Assembly (NCBI GenBank): GCA_019038625.1
Contig: JAHOYU010000078.1
Location: 1,687 to 65,686, forward strand
Length of the DNA stretch: 64,000 nucleotides
DNA from: Candidatus Latescibacterota bacterium
GTDB taxonomy: Bacteria > Krumholzibacteriota > Krumholzibacteriia > Krumholzibacteriales > Krumholzibacteriaceae
Direction of reading: 5' to 3'
The position numbers were made by a program, and so were the translations under genes. The notes below the pieces were generated by a model that saw nothing but the letters and a program-made list of their open reading frames with translations, was not told the DNA's origin and did no database searches. Positions within the stretch are counted from its first letter, which is position 1; every line of letters starts with the position of its first letter. Shown here piece by piece: positions 18,218 to 26,973 of the stretch.

Positions 18218-21200
18218 ATGGGAGCAAAAACAGAAATGATCAGTCTGACTATTGATGATAGACCTGTTGAAATGGCGGAAGGCGCCACAATCCTCGAGGC
18301 TTGTGGCAAGCTCGACATCAAGATCCCCACGCTTTGTTATCATAAAGCGCTTTCTTCCTACGGGGCATGTCGCCTGTGCCTGGTAGAGATAGAAGAGAAC
18401 GGCAGGACTTCGATACGCACTTCATGTAACTATCCGGTCTCGGAAGGTATCAAGGTCAGGACGGACACAGAGAGGATCATTCGAAACCGGAAAATAATGG
18501 CGGAACTTCTCCTTGCGAGGTGTCCCGATTCCAAAAAGATCCAGAGTGTGGCCGCGGCGCTTGGTGTGACAGGAAATAGAATGGACCTGAAGCACGAGGA
18601 TTGCATCCTGTGTGGTCTGTGCGTCCGTATGTGCAGGGAACGGATGGGCAAGGGAGTCCTCGGGTTTTCCAACAGGGGCAGCGAAAGAATCGTGTCGCCC
18701 GCCTTTAACGAACAATCGGAAGAGTGTCAGACCTGCGGGGCCTGTTACTATATCTGTCCCGTAGAAAAAGGCATCAAGCTTGACGAGATATCTGAAAACA
18801 AACCCAAGTTTATAAGTTCCGATTTCGACGCCGGGCTGGTCGGCAGGCCTGCCGTTTATATCCCATATGCGCAGGCGGTGCCGAATTACGCGAATATCGA
18901 TCCGGAACTGTGCGTACATCTGACCACGGGCGAATGTCAGATATGTACGGAATTCTGCGAAGCGGAAGCGATCGATTTCAATCAGAAAGAAGAGCTGGTC
19001 GATCTCGATGTCGGCTCGATCATCATCACGACAGGAGCCGACACATTCGATCCGACCGGAATGCATGAGCTTGGTTATGGCAGATACAGCAATGTTCTGA
19101 CAAGTATTCAGTTTGAGCGGATTCTTGCCGCATCGGGTCCGTTCGAGGGGCATCTTCAGAGACCTTCGGACGGGAAGGTCCCGGTCAAGATAGCATGGCT
19201 GCAGTGTGTTGGGTCCAGGACAGAGGACTCGAGTATGCCTTATTGTTCTTCGGTCTGTTGCATGTATGCCATGAAAGAAGCCATAATCGCGAAAGAACAT
19301 GTCCCCACAGTGGAACCGAAGATCTTCTTTATGGACATGAGGGCGCATGGGAAAGATTTTGATAAATATTACGATCAGGCTAAAAATACCGGAGTGGAAT
19401 TTGTCAGAGGCAGAATCGGAAAGATCAGGGAGATCCCCGATACGGGCAACCTGGTACTCTACTACACGAGCGAGAAGGGTGAAGTAAAACAGGAAGAATT
19501 CGATCTGGTCGTTCTGTCTATCGGTCTTACTCCAAGAAAAAATGCCGGAGAACTTTCCGACAGGCTGGGGATACGGCTGAACGAATTTAATTTTATCGAA
19601 CATATCGGAAATTCGCCTATCGAGACTACGAAGCCGGGCATTTTTGTCTGTGGCCCCGCTGTTCAGCCCAAAGATATTCCCGAAACGGTGATGCAGGCTT
19701 CGGCGGCTGTCGCCGGCGCCGCGGAACTGCTTTCGGATGTGAGGGGCACAGAGATAACCGTAAAAGAATACCCTGCTGAAAAAGAAGTGCGGGGGCAGAG
19801 GCCGAGGATCGGTGTCTTTGTCTGTCATTGCGGCACCAATATTGGCAGCATCGTCGATGTTCCCTCTGTGGTCGAGTATGTTAAATCATTGCCTGATGTA
19901 GTCTATGCTGAAGAGAATCTCTTTACCTGTTCACAGGATACACAGGAAAAGATGAAAGAGATCATTGAGGAACATAAGCTCAACAGGGTAGTCGTCTCAT
20001 CATGCTCGCCCAGTACTCATGAGCCGCTTTTCCAGGAGACCCTCAGGGAGTCGGCACTGAATCCCTATCTCTTCGATATGGCAAATATACGTAACCAGTG
20101 CAGTTGGGTACACAGGGCCGACCACGCGAAAGCGACCGATAAGGCCAAGATCCTCACCCGGATCGCGATCGGCAAGGCGAGACTGCTCGAGCCGCTTCAT
20201 ACGATAGCGCTCGACGTCACTCAGAAGGGTCTGGTCGTCGGGGGAGGGCTGGCCGGGATGGTTGCCGCCCTTTCAATAGCGGATCAGGGGTTCGAGGTGG
20301 CTCTCATCGAGAGAGACTACAGATTGGGTGGCAACCTGAACAGGTTGAAGAGAAGGCCGAATGGCGAGAAGGTCATAGACTGTCTTGAGGATTACAGGCA
20401 GAGGATCGCAGACAACCCGAAGGTAAGGGTCTTCCTTGATTCGGAAATATTGGCCATAGATGGATATGTCGGCAATTATGTGACCTCGATACGCAATAGT
20501 AAATCGGAAAATGTCGATGATTATGAACATGGGGTCATTGTCATAACAACCGGCGCGAAAGAGACTGAGCCAAAGGAATATCTTTTCGAAGATGACAGGG
20601 TGATATCTCAGCTCGATCTCGAAGATGTATTTGAGGAAGATGAAAAGACTCTCTCAAAACTGAAAAATGTAGTGATGATACAGTGCGTCGGTTCGCGTGA
20701 TGAAGAACACCCCTATTGTTCGAGAGTCTGTTGCACCCAGGCGGTCAAGAACTCGATCCGGTTAAAGAAACTCAATCCGAAGATGAACGTCTACGTCCTC
20801 TATCGCGACGTTCGTACTTACGGGTTCAACGAGATATATTATCAGGAAGCAAGGGCGCTCGGGGTGACTTTTATAAGGTATGAGGAAGACGCGAAGCCTG
20901 TCGTGGAGTACGTGGATGACGAGAAGAAACAGATCTCGGTCAGCGTTATGGATATCGTTCTCGGGGGCGAGGTGGAGATCAGGCCGGACAGGGTCATACT
21001 GGCGCCGGCGATGATTCCCCAGGACGACGCGTCGACGATATCTCAGATGCTGAAGATACCCCTGAACGAAGACAGCTTTTTCATGGAAGCGCACGTAAAG
21101 CTCAGGCCGGTCGATTTTTCTGCCGAGGGTATTTACCTCGCCGGACTCGCCCACTCTCCCAAGCAGATGGACGAGACGGTATCCCAGGCAAAAGCGGCGG

Positions 21201-21490
21201 CCGAAAGAGCATGTATAATAATAAGCTCTGACGAGTATGTCTCTGTTGCGAATATTGCCGAGGTCGACGTGGATACCTGCGCGGCCTGTGGGATGTGCGT
21301 GGCTGCCTGTCCTTATGGGGCTCCCGGGCTTGTCTGGCTCGGAGGCAGACAGGTCTGTCAGATCAACACAGCTCTCTGCAAGGGTTGCGGCAGCTGTGGG
21401 GCGGTCTGTCCGTCGGGAGCGATGCAGCAGCTCGGATTCAAGGAGATCCAGACTCTCGAGATGGTGAACCAGTCACTTGGGTTGTTATAG
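18218..21490 (+). CDS. Fusion protein: NuoG/HydA-type N-terminal Fe-S domain ([2Fe-2S] + His/Cys 4Fe-4S) + HdrA remainder (lacking first ~150 aa) + second complete HdrA
   Basis: N-terminus 'CYHKALSSYGACRLCLVEIEENGRT...SCNYPV' ([2Fe-2S], Cx10CxxCx13C) and 'HEDCILCGLCVRMC', 'CQTCGACYYICP'. It then joins HdrA at the inserted-ferredoxin point ('CVHLTTGECQICTEFCEAEAI...TTGADTFDP'). 'LQCVGSRTEDSSMPYCSSVCCMYAMK' follows, then 'VGVFVCHCGTNI', a second FAD site 'LVVGGGLAGMVAALSIADQG', 'QCVGSRDEEHPYCSRVCCTQAVK' and a C-terminal 2x[4Fe-4S]. Start moved to the ATG at 18218, 2 nt after the nuoF stop. Confidence 0.75.
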   Translation: MGAKTEMISLTIDDRPVEMAEGATILEACGKLDIKIPTLCYHKALSSYGACRLCLVEIEENGRTSIRTSCNYPVSEGIKVRTDTERIIRNRKIMAELLLARCPDSKKIQSVAAALGVTGNRMDLKHEDCILCGLCVRMCRERMGKGVLGFSNRGSERIVSPAFNEQSEECQTCGACYYICPVEKGIKLDEISENKPKFISSDFDAGLVGRPAVYIPYAQAVPNYANIDPELCVHLTTGECQICTEFCEAEAIDFNQKEELVDLDVGSIIITTGADTFDPTGMHELGYGRYSNVLTSIQFERILAASGPFEGHLQRPSDGKVPVKIAWLQCVGSRTEDSSMPYCSSVCCMYAMKEAIIAKEHVPTVEPKIFFMDMRAHGKDFDKYYDQAKNTGVEFVRGRIGKIREIPDTGNLVLYYTSEKGEVKQEEFDLVVLSIGLTPRKNAGELSDRLGIRLNEFNFIEHIGNSPIETTKPGIFVCGPAVQPKDIPETVMQASAAVAGAAELLSDVRGTEITVKEYPAEKEVRGQRPRIGVFVCHCGTNIGSIVDVPSVVEYVKSLPDVVYAEENLFTCSQDTQEKMKEIIEEHKLNRVVVSSCSPSTHEPLFQETLRESALNPYLFDMANIRNQCSWVHRADHAKATDKAKILTRIAIGKARLLEPLHTIALDVTQKGLVVGGGLAGMVAALSIADQGFEVALIERDYRLGGNLNRLKRRPNGEKVIDCLEDYRQRIADNPKVRVFLDSEILAIDGYVGNYVTSIRNSKSENVDDYEHGVIVITTGAKETEPKEYLFEDDRVISQLDLEDVFEEDEKTLSKLKNVVMIQCVGSRDEEHPYCSRVCCTQAVKNSIRLKKLNPKMNVYVLYRDVRTYGFNEIYYQEARALGVTFIRYEEDAKPVVEYVDDEKKQISVSVMDIVLGGEVEIRPDRVILAPAMIPQDDASTISQMLKIPLNEDSFFMEAHVKLRPVDFSAEGIYLAGLAHSPKQMDETVSQAKAAAERACIIISSDEYVSVANIAEVDVDTCAACGMCVAACPYGAPGLVWLGGRQVCQINTALCKGCGSCGAVCPSGAMQQLGFKEIQTLEMVNQSLGLL

Positions 21491-21768
21491 GAATTAGGGG
21501 TAAGAGAGATATCCCGTGCCGGGCGCGGAAGCAGGAATGAGCCCGGCGAAGCAACAAAATTTTACTACTATGGTCTGAGATTTTTTCTGTCTTTTGGCCC
21601 AGCGCTATAGGATTTCCCGCATTTATTAATGCCAGCGTCGGATTCTGCTTGCTTAATTACTTAAATAAATTATCTTGACATCTATCTGACGTTTATGACA
21701 GACTGCCGTCTGTTATATTGGACTAGGCGTTACGCATCGGTTGATAAATCAAATAAGGGGCCGCTGAA
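21491..21768. promoter_or_regulatory. 278-bp AT-rich intergenic region inside the cluster with a perfect inverted repeat ACAGAC-N4-GTCTGT (21698-21713) flanked by TTGACA (21675-21680) and TATATT (21714-21719)
   Basis: The only sizeable non-coding gap inside the co-directional cluster. The palindrome is read directly from the sequence. Spacing of the -35/-10-like hexamers is non-canonical, so promoter assignment is tentative. Confidence 0.3.
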
Positions 21769-21801
21769 GTGGCCGTAACATTCTTTCAGGAAAAGAATTA
21801 T

Positions 21802-22854
21802 ATGCGATTCATCGACTCAACGAATTTTGAAAGACTACTGAAGAAGCTCTCCGGCGAAGGTGAGCTTTTCGTGCCTGTACTTGATGAGGATTCACAAAAG
21901 AATCACTTTGAGCGAGTAGAGGCCTTCCCTCTTCCCGAAGGAACGAACTTCGAAGGTTTCAGGGCCGTCGAGACTCTAAAGGGTTTTGCTCAGCTTGTTC
22001 GTTCGATGGTGGCGAGGTATCCGACCGAAGGCATGGACGAGATGGATGTGGCGGAGTTACTTCCCACTTTCGTCATAGTCGGGGCCAAGGCCTGCGATGT
22101 CCGCGCCATGCAGCTCGTGGATAAGGTACAGGTCGAGGGTGAATTTACGGATCCTTTCTACAAGGCTCGCAGGGACAAGATGATCATTATCGCGTCGGAT
22201 TGTACTGAAGCGGGTGAAACCTGTTTCTGCAATCTGCTGGGCAGCAATCCATGGCCTGAAAGCGGTTTCGATCTTTCGATCTCGAAGGTCAACGGCGGCT
22301 ATCTGCTCGAGACTGGCAGTGACCGCGGAAAGGCGATCGAGGAAGAGAACAAGGACCTGTTTACCGATCCTCGAGAGGGCCAGGAGAAGAGCAGGGACGA
22401 GATCAGGATGACAGTCCTTGCCGGACTCAAGGCCACGAACAGGGATTACCCTTCCGGTGATAAAGTAACAGAACCACTCAGAGAAGCCCTGTCCGATCCA
22501 CTATGGCACGATGAAGCGGCCCGCTGCCTGGAATGCGGAGCCTGCACGAATATATGTCCCACATGCTACTGCTTCCTGCTCTTCGACCAGAAGGATGAGA
22601 GCGGTGAAGGGTACAAGAGAATAATGTCCTGGGATTCCTGCCAGGTAACGGGGTATGCCAGAATGGCCGGAATGGGGAATCCAAGGCCTCGACTCTCCGA
22701 TCGCGTGAAGCACCGCCTGTACCATAAGTACGATTATCTCGTGCTCAGTCACGGTGAAATATTCTGTACAGGTTGCGGAAGATGCATCGATGCCTGTTCC
22801 GCGAGCATTGACATGAGAGAAGTTTTTGGCAGGGTAACCAAGGCAGCCAAGTAA
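21802..22854 (+). CDS. AsrA/FlxB-family Fe-S protein, copy 5
   Basis: 'CLECGACTNICPTCYCFLLFD ... SWDSCQVTGYARMAGMGNPRPRLSDRVKHRLYHKYDY ... CTGCGRCIDAC'. Start moved to the ATG at 21802, behind RBS 'AGGAAAAG'. Confidence 0.65.
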   Translation: MRFIDSTNFERLLKKLSGEGELFVPVLDEDSQKNHFERVEAFPLPEGTNFEGFRAVETLKGFAQLVRSMVARYPTEGMDEMDVAELLPTFVIVGAKACDVRAMQLVDKVQVEGEFTDPFYKARRDKMIIIASDCTEAGETCFCNLLGSNPWPESGFDLSISKVNGGYLLETGSDRGKAIEEENKDLFTDPREGQEKSRDEIRMTVLAGLKATNRDYPSGDKVTEPLREALSDPLWHDEAARCLECGACTNICPTCYCFLLFDQKDESGEGYKRIMSWDSCQVTGYARMAGMGNPRPRLSDRVKHRLYHKYDYLVLSHGEIFCTGCGRCIDACSASIDMREVFGRVTKAAK

Positions 22855-22867
22855 GGGAGAGAAGGGT

Positions 22868-23686
22868 ATGAACAACCCGTATTATCCCATAGATACGGTC
22901 CTGGAAGATGTAATAACAGAGACACCTACGATTAAGACCTTCTGTCTCAAGCCAGTGCGTCCGGTCAAATTCAAATCTGGGCAGTTCATGCAGTTGACCG
23001 TTCCCGGTGTTGGTGAAGCCCCCTTCACTCCCAGTTCCGATCCGAACATCACGGAGAAGATGGAGATCACCATCCTCAAGACGGGTAAGGTAACAGACGC
23101 TCTTCACGAACTCAAGCCGGGGGCGAAAGTAGGGCTCCGGGGTCCCTTCGGCAAAGGGTACCCGCTGGAAAAACTTGAAGGCAAGGAAGTGGTCGTTGTA
23201 GGTGGTGGAGTAGGCCTGGCTCCGATGAGATCTTTACTCTACGGACTTTTCGATGATCCTTCAAAATACAAACGGATATCCATAAAGTTCGGCGCTCGTG
23301 AACCTGCCGAACTCTGTTTCAAGCGCCAGTACAACGAATGGGTCAATCTATCGCCGAACATCGACCTTACAACTACGATCGACATTCCTCATCCCGAATG
23401 GGATGGAAAGGTCGGCCTGGTGACGACACTGCTGGACGATCTGGATATAAACATAGCGGAAAGCTACGCGCTTTCCTGTGGTCCCGAGATCATGCTGAAG
23501 TTTGTTACGCTGAAGCTTCTCGAGGTTGGATACAAGCCGCCCCAGATATACCTTTCGATGAACAGGAAGATGTCCTGCGGAATGGGTAAGTGTGGGCGAT
23601 GCAATGTCGGGCATTACTATCTCTGCGTAGATGGCCCCGACATGTGTTACGACAAAATAAAGCACGTTCCAAATGTATTCGGTTAG
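22868..23686 (+). CDS. FlxA/AsrB/HydG-like FAD-NAD(P)-binding oxidoreductase with C-terminal [2Fe-2S], copy 2
   Basis: 'VVVVGGGVGLAPMRSL' and C-terminal 'CGMGKCGRCNVGHYYLCVDGP'; paralogue of 12901. Confidence 0.7.
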   Translation: MNNPYYPIDTVLEDVITETPTIKTFCLKPVRPVKFKSGQFMQLTVPGVGEAPFTPSSDPNITEKMEITILKTGKVTDALHELKPGAKVGLRGPFGKGYPLEKLEGKEVVVVGGGVGLAPMRSLLYGLFDDPSKYKRISIKFGAREPAELCFKRQYNEWVNLSPNIDLTTTIDIPHPEWDGKVGLVTTLLDDLDINIAESYALSCGPEIMLKFVTLKLLEVGYKPPQIYLSMNRKMSCGMGKCGRCNVGHYYLCVDGPDMCYDKIKHVPNVFG

Positions 23687-23740
23687 GATCATCCTGTTTG
23701 GGCTTCGGACCTGAGCCGGGGCCGGGAAGAAAAATCGTCT

Positions 23741-25531
23741 ATGAGTGAGATAAAAAACTATTGCTCCCTTTGTTCGCTGGCCTGCCCTGTTATTTTCAGG
23801 GGCGGAAAAAGAGGACCCATTTTTTCGAAGGATTCGCTTCTGACGATTGACTGGGACACCAGCGAAGAATCCAAATACGGCGGTAGTCTCTGTGCTCGTG
23901 GAAATGCCGCAATCGAATTCGTATCCCATCCGAAAAGAATCAATTATCCATTCGTTATCGGTGAGAGGACAAGGATAGAAGCGGCTGTCAAGGAGACTGC
24001 GAAAAATCTTTCTGCCATTAAGGATGAATCAGGTGGCGAGAAGATCGGTGTCCTGATAGGAGAGAATCTTACAAACGAAGAGGCAGCTCTGGCTCTGAAG
24101 TTCGCGAAAGAAGTCCTGGGGACTTCGAAGGTCGAGCTGTTCGCTCCAGATGATACACCATTATTCCGTTCATGGCTGGGGTGTGACCTTTCAGCCCTCG
24201 CGTCGACGGCAGAAAAACCGGCCGGCACGAAGAAAACCTTTCTCATAATCGGTGATTCTTTCTCTGAACATCCATGTACGGCAAAGCCGGTCCTCGCTGC
24301 CAGGTATTCGGGGAGGGGCAACGAAATAATCGTGATCAGTCCCGAGATCAGTCATACGGCATGGTTCGCGGGCAGGCACCTGCGGTGCAGGCCGGGAGGA
24401 GAAGCTGCTGTGGTAGCCGGCATGCTTAAGTCGGTTGCTGAGACGACGGCAAACGGTCTTGTGCCTGAATTGAAAAAACTGATGGACGGGGTCGAGTGGA
24501 ATGATATTGAAAGACTCGGGGGCGTGAAGCAGGACGCTATCGAAGGCGCCGCGGCTTCGGTCCTCGGTGCTGTAGGAATAGAGACTTACGTATCCAATAT
24601 CTTTGGCCGGTTCGCGATGCCAGGGCTCGTGTCGATCCTTGCAGAGGCGCTTACGGCGATATGCCCGGGGGATTCGAAATTCGATGCCCAGTTCGTGCAG
24701 CAGAATTCCTGGGGTATATATTCGGTGCTTGCAGCGGGCGAGACAACTCCGTTTCTCTCAAATCTCGAAGGTGAAGAGGTGGAGGCTCTGGTGATTCTGG
24801 GGCTGGATATCTTCTCGGCGTATCCCGCGGGCCCAATTGAAAACGCGCTGCGTGAAAAGAAATTTACAGTCGCTTCGCAGATGTTTTTCGGTCAGACCGC
24901 TTCGAGGGCGAATGTCGTTATTCCTGCGGCATGCCTGATGGAAAAGAAGGGGACTGTTTCTCCATCGTTCGGTGAAGACCTTGTCAGAGAAGACGTTATC
25001 GATCCTCCTGGAGGAGTGCTGACCGATGGTGAGTTCCTGGTCGCGCTTGCAAAGGAGATGGGTTCTGATCTTTCGGGTCCTGTCGATGTAGTGAGAAAGA
25101 TTTCCAGAGGCAGTTCGGGCGAAGGCGTTGTAGCGGACTGGACCGCCTTTTCGAACACCATCAGGGAGTTGGACGCGTCAGGAATGGTGTTGATACCCTG
25201 GAGCGAAGCTGTTCATGTCGCGGATGGTTCGACCAGCAGGAACCTTCACTGGTCAGAAGTGACATGTCCGGAACCAAGGCTGTATGTATCGAAAGAGACG
25301 ATGGATGAGCTTAACCTTGCCGAAAACGATCTGGTCAAGGTCTCTTCCGAGGGTGGAGAGGCTGTGCTGCCGGTCGAGGCGACCGAAAAACTGCAGGGCG
25401 GAACGGTAGCCGCGACGATTCATTTCCCCTCGGTAAGAAAGCTTTTCCCATGGAAGCTGGATGATCGCCGTGGAGAGGTGCTGCTCGCGCCGGTCCCGGT
25501 CAACCTTGACAGTCAGAGTGAGAAGAGCTGA
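23741..25531 (+). CDS. Molybdopterin-oxidoreductase-family protein (formate-dehydrogenase-alpha/NuoG-C-terminal-like), probably non-catalytic
   Basis: N-terminal Mo-bisPGD-type 4Fe-4S motif 'CSLCSLACP...(35 aa)...GSLCARG'. Only 596 aa. In the region aligning with the FdhF 'CCARVU/CHGPSVAG' active-site loop, no Cys/Sec-His was recognised by eye. Confidence 0.55.
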   Translation: MSEIKNYCSLCSLACPVIFRGGKRGPIFSKDSLLTIDWDTSEESKYGGSLCARGNAAIEFVSHPKRINYPFVIGERTRIEAAVKETAKNLSAIKDESGGEKIGVLIGENLTNEEAALALKFAKEVLGTSKVELFAPDDTPLFRSWLGCDLSALASTAEKPAGTKKTFLIIGDSFSEHPCTAKPVLAARYSGRGNEIIVISPEISHTAWFAGRHLRCRPGGEAAVVAGMLKSVAETTANGLVPELKKLMDGVEWNDIERLGGVKQDAIEGAAASVLGAVGIETYVSNIFGRFAMPGLVSILAEALTAICPGDSKFDAQFVQQNSWGIYSVLAAGETTPFLSNLEGEEVEALVILGLDIFSAYPAGPIENALREKKFTVASQMFFGQTASRANVVIPAACLMEKKGTVSPSFGEDLVREDVIDPPGGVLTDGEFLVALAKEMGSDLSGPVDVVRKISRGSSGEGVVADWTAFSNTIRELDASGMVLIPWSEAVHVADGSTSRNLHWSEVTCPEPRLYVSKETMDELNLAENDLVKVSSEGGEAVLPVEATEKLQGGTVAATIHFPSVRKLFPWKLDDRRGEVLLAPVPVNLDSQSEKS

Positions 25532-25533
25532 TC

Positions 25534-26013
25534 ATGGAAAAAAGAATATACATAAACATGAATCTTTGCAGCGGGTGTCGAGCCTGCGCAGCGGCCTGTG
25601 CTAACGGGCATCTCGAACAGGGCCTTCTCAAGCATGGGCCGGTCGAGGAAACTGCGTTGATGCCTCTTCACTGCCGTCATTGTGACAAGCCCCTCTGTCT
25701 TGAGGTCTGTCCGCAGGATGCGATCAAAAAGGACGAGAACGGGACGATAGTAAGGATGAGCCAGTTGTGTGTCGGGTGTAAGTCATGTATCATGGCGTGC
25801 CCGTTCGGCGTTATGTTCGTGCATTCTACCTGGCACGTATCACCGAAGTGCGATCTATGCCATGACAGGCTCGAAGATGATAAGGAGCCGAGATGCGTAT
25901 CGACATGCACATCCGGCGCGCTGGTTTTCGAAGAACTGACTGAACTGGAAAAGACTAACAGGAATGTTACCGAGGGCGGGCGATATTTCACCCGTTGGAT
26001 GTTGACTCGATAG
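25534..26013 (+). CDS. HycB/HyfA-like 4x[4Fe-4S] ferredoxin (formate-hydrogenlyase small Fe-S subunit family)
   Basis: Multiple CxxCxxCxxxC(P) motifs ('CSGCRACAAAC', 'CRHCDKPLCLEVCP', 'CVGCKSCIMACP', 'CDLCHDRL...CVSTC') in 159 aa. Confidence 0.7.
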   Translation: MEKRIYINMNLCSGCRACAAACANGHLEQGLLKHGPVEETALMPLHCRHCDKPLCLEVCPQDAIKKDENGTIVRMSQLCVGCKSCIMACPFGVMFVHSTWHVSPKCDLCHDRLEDDKEPRCVSTCTSGALVFEELTELEKTNRNVTEGGRYFTRWMLTR

Positions 26014-26025
26014 TGGAGAGGACAA

Positions 26026-26958
26026 ATGGACGCAGCACGGTATCTGATTGATTATCTGATATTCCCGGGGTTTTTGTTTACCGCGGTAGTAGGTCTTCTT
26101 ACCACCTGGGTCGACCGCAAGGTCACAGCGAGGGTCCATTGGAGGGTCGGACCTCCCTGGTACCAGCCCTTCGCTGACACGGTAAAACTTCTGGGCAAGG
26201 AAGTCATCGTTCCCGCCGGAGCGAGAAAGACGGGATTTCTTCTAATGCCGGTCGTTGGCCTGGCGGCGGCGACGCTGGCCTCTACCATCCTCTGGAAAGC
26301 TAATCTCGATCCTGGGAGTTCTTTCATCGGCGATTCGATAGTGGTCCTCTATATCATGACGATTCCGGCTATCGCGATGATCCTCGGGGCAAGCGCTTCA
26401 GGCAACCCGCTCGCCATTCTCGGTGGGGCCAGGGAGATGAAACTGCTTTTCGCCTACGAACTCCCACTTGTAATAGCTATGCTGACCACCGTGTACAAGG
26501 CTGGATCATTCTCCTTTGAAAACATCCTTGGTATGCAGGCTGCTTCGGGACAGTTTCTCGGCAGTTTTTCGGGGACCCTGGCTTTCATAGTAGCTATTTT
26601 CTGCGCGCAGGCAAAATGTTCGATCCTGCCTTTCGACATAGCAGAGGCCGAGACCGAACTTGCCGGGGGAGCTCATATAGAGTATTCCGGCGCTCCATAC
26701 GCGGTAGTCAGACTGAATATGGCGATCATGTTTTTCATCGTGCCGGTATTCATCGTAACGATGTTCTGGGGAGGATTCACCTTCGTCGGGTGGAAGATTC
26801 TCACATCCATCCTCAAATATGTCGCAATAATCGTTATCATGGTCCTTATAAAGAATACAAATCCAAGAGTCCGGATAGACCAGGCAGTGAGGTTTTTCTG
26901 GGGACCCATGCTGGTATTATCGATAATAGCCCTGATCCTGGCGGTGCTGGGTTACTAG
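26026..26958 (+). CDS. NuoH/HycD/MbhM-like membrane subunit of group-4 hydrogenase
   Basis: Polytopic membrane protein with the NuoH-family N-terminal signature 'TWVDRKVTARVHWRVGPPWYQPFADTVKL'. Confidence 0.8.
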   Translation: MDAARYLIDYLIFPGFLFTAVVGLLTTWVDRKVTARVHWRVGPPWYQPFADTVKLLGKEVIVPAGARKTGFLLMPVVGLAAATLASTILWKANLDPGSSFIGDSIVVLYIMTIPAIAMILGASASGNPLAILGGAREMKLLFAYELPLVIAMLTTVYKAGSFSFENILGMQAASGQFLGSFSGTLAFIVAIFCAQAKCSILPFDIAEAETELAGGAHIEYSGAPYAVVRLNMAIMFFIVPVFIVTMFWGGFTFVGWKILTSILKYVAIIVIMVLIKNTNPRVRIDQAVRFFWGPMLVLSIIALILAVLGY

Positions 26959-26973
26959 GTCGCGGAGGCAAGT

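Noticed and set aside
18422-19828. 468-aa ORF on the minus strand
   Set aside because: Lies entirely antisense within the NuoG::HdrA fusion gene. It is Arg/His-rich with no recognisable motifs, typical of a shadow ORF in GC-rich coding sequence.
21675-21719. TTGACA ... TATATT as a canonical sigma-70 promoter
   Set aside because: The two hexamers are separated by 33 bp, far from the 16-18 bp optimum. They are kept only as part of a tentative regulatory region.
23741-25531. Selenocysteine-containing formate dehydrogenase
   Set aside because: No in-frame TGA and no Cys-His pair at the position expected from FdhF alignment. The ORF is continuous and short (596 aa).
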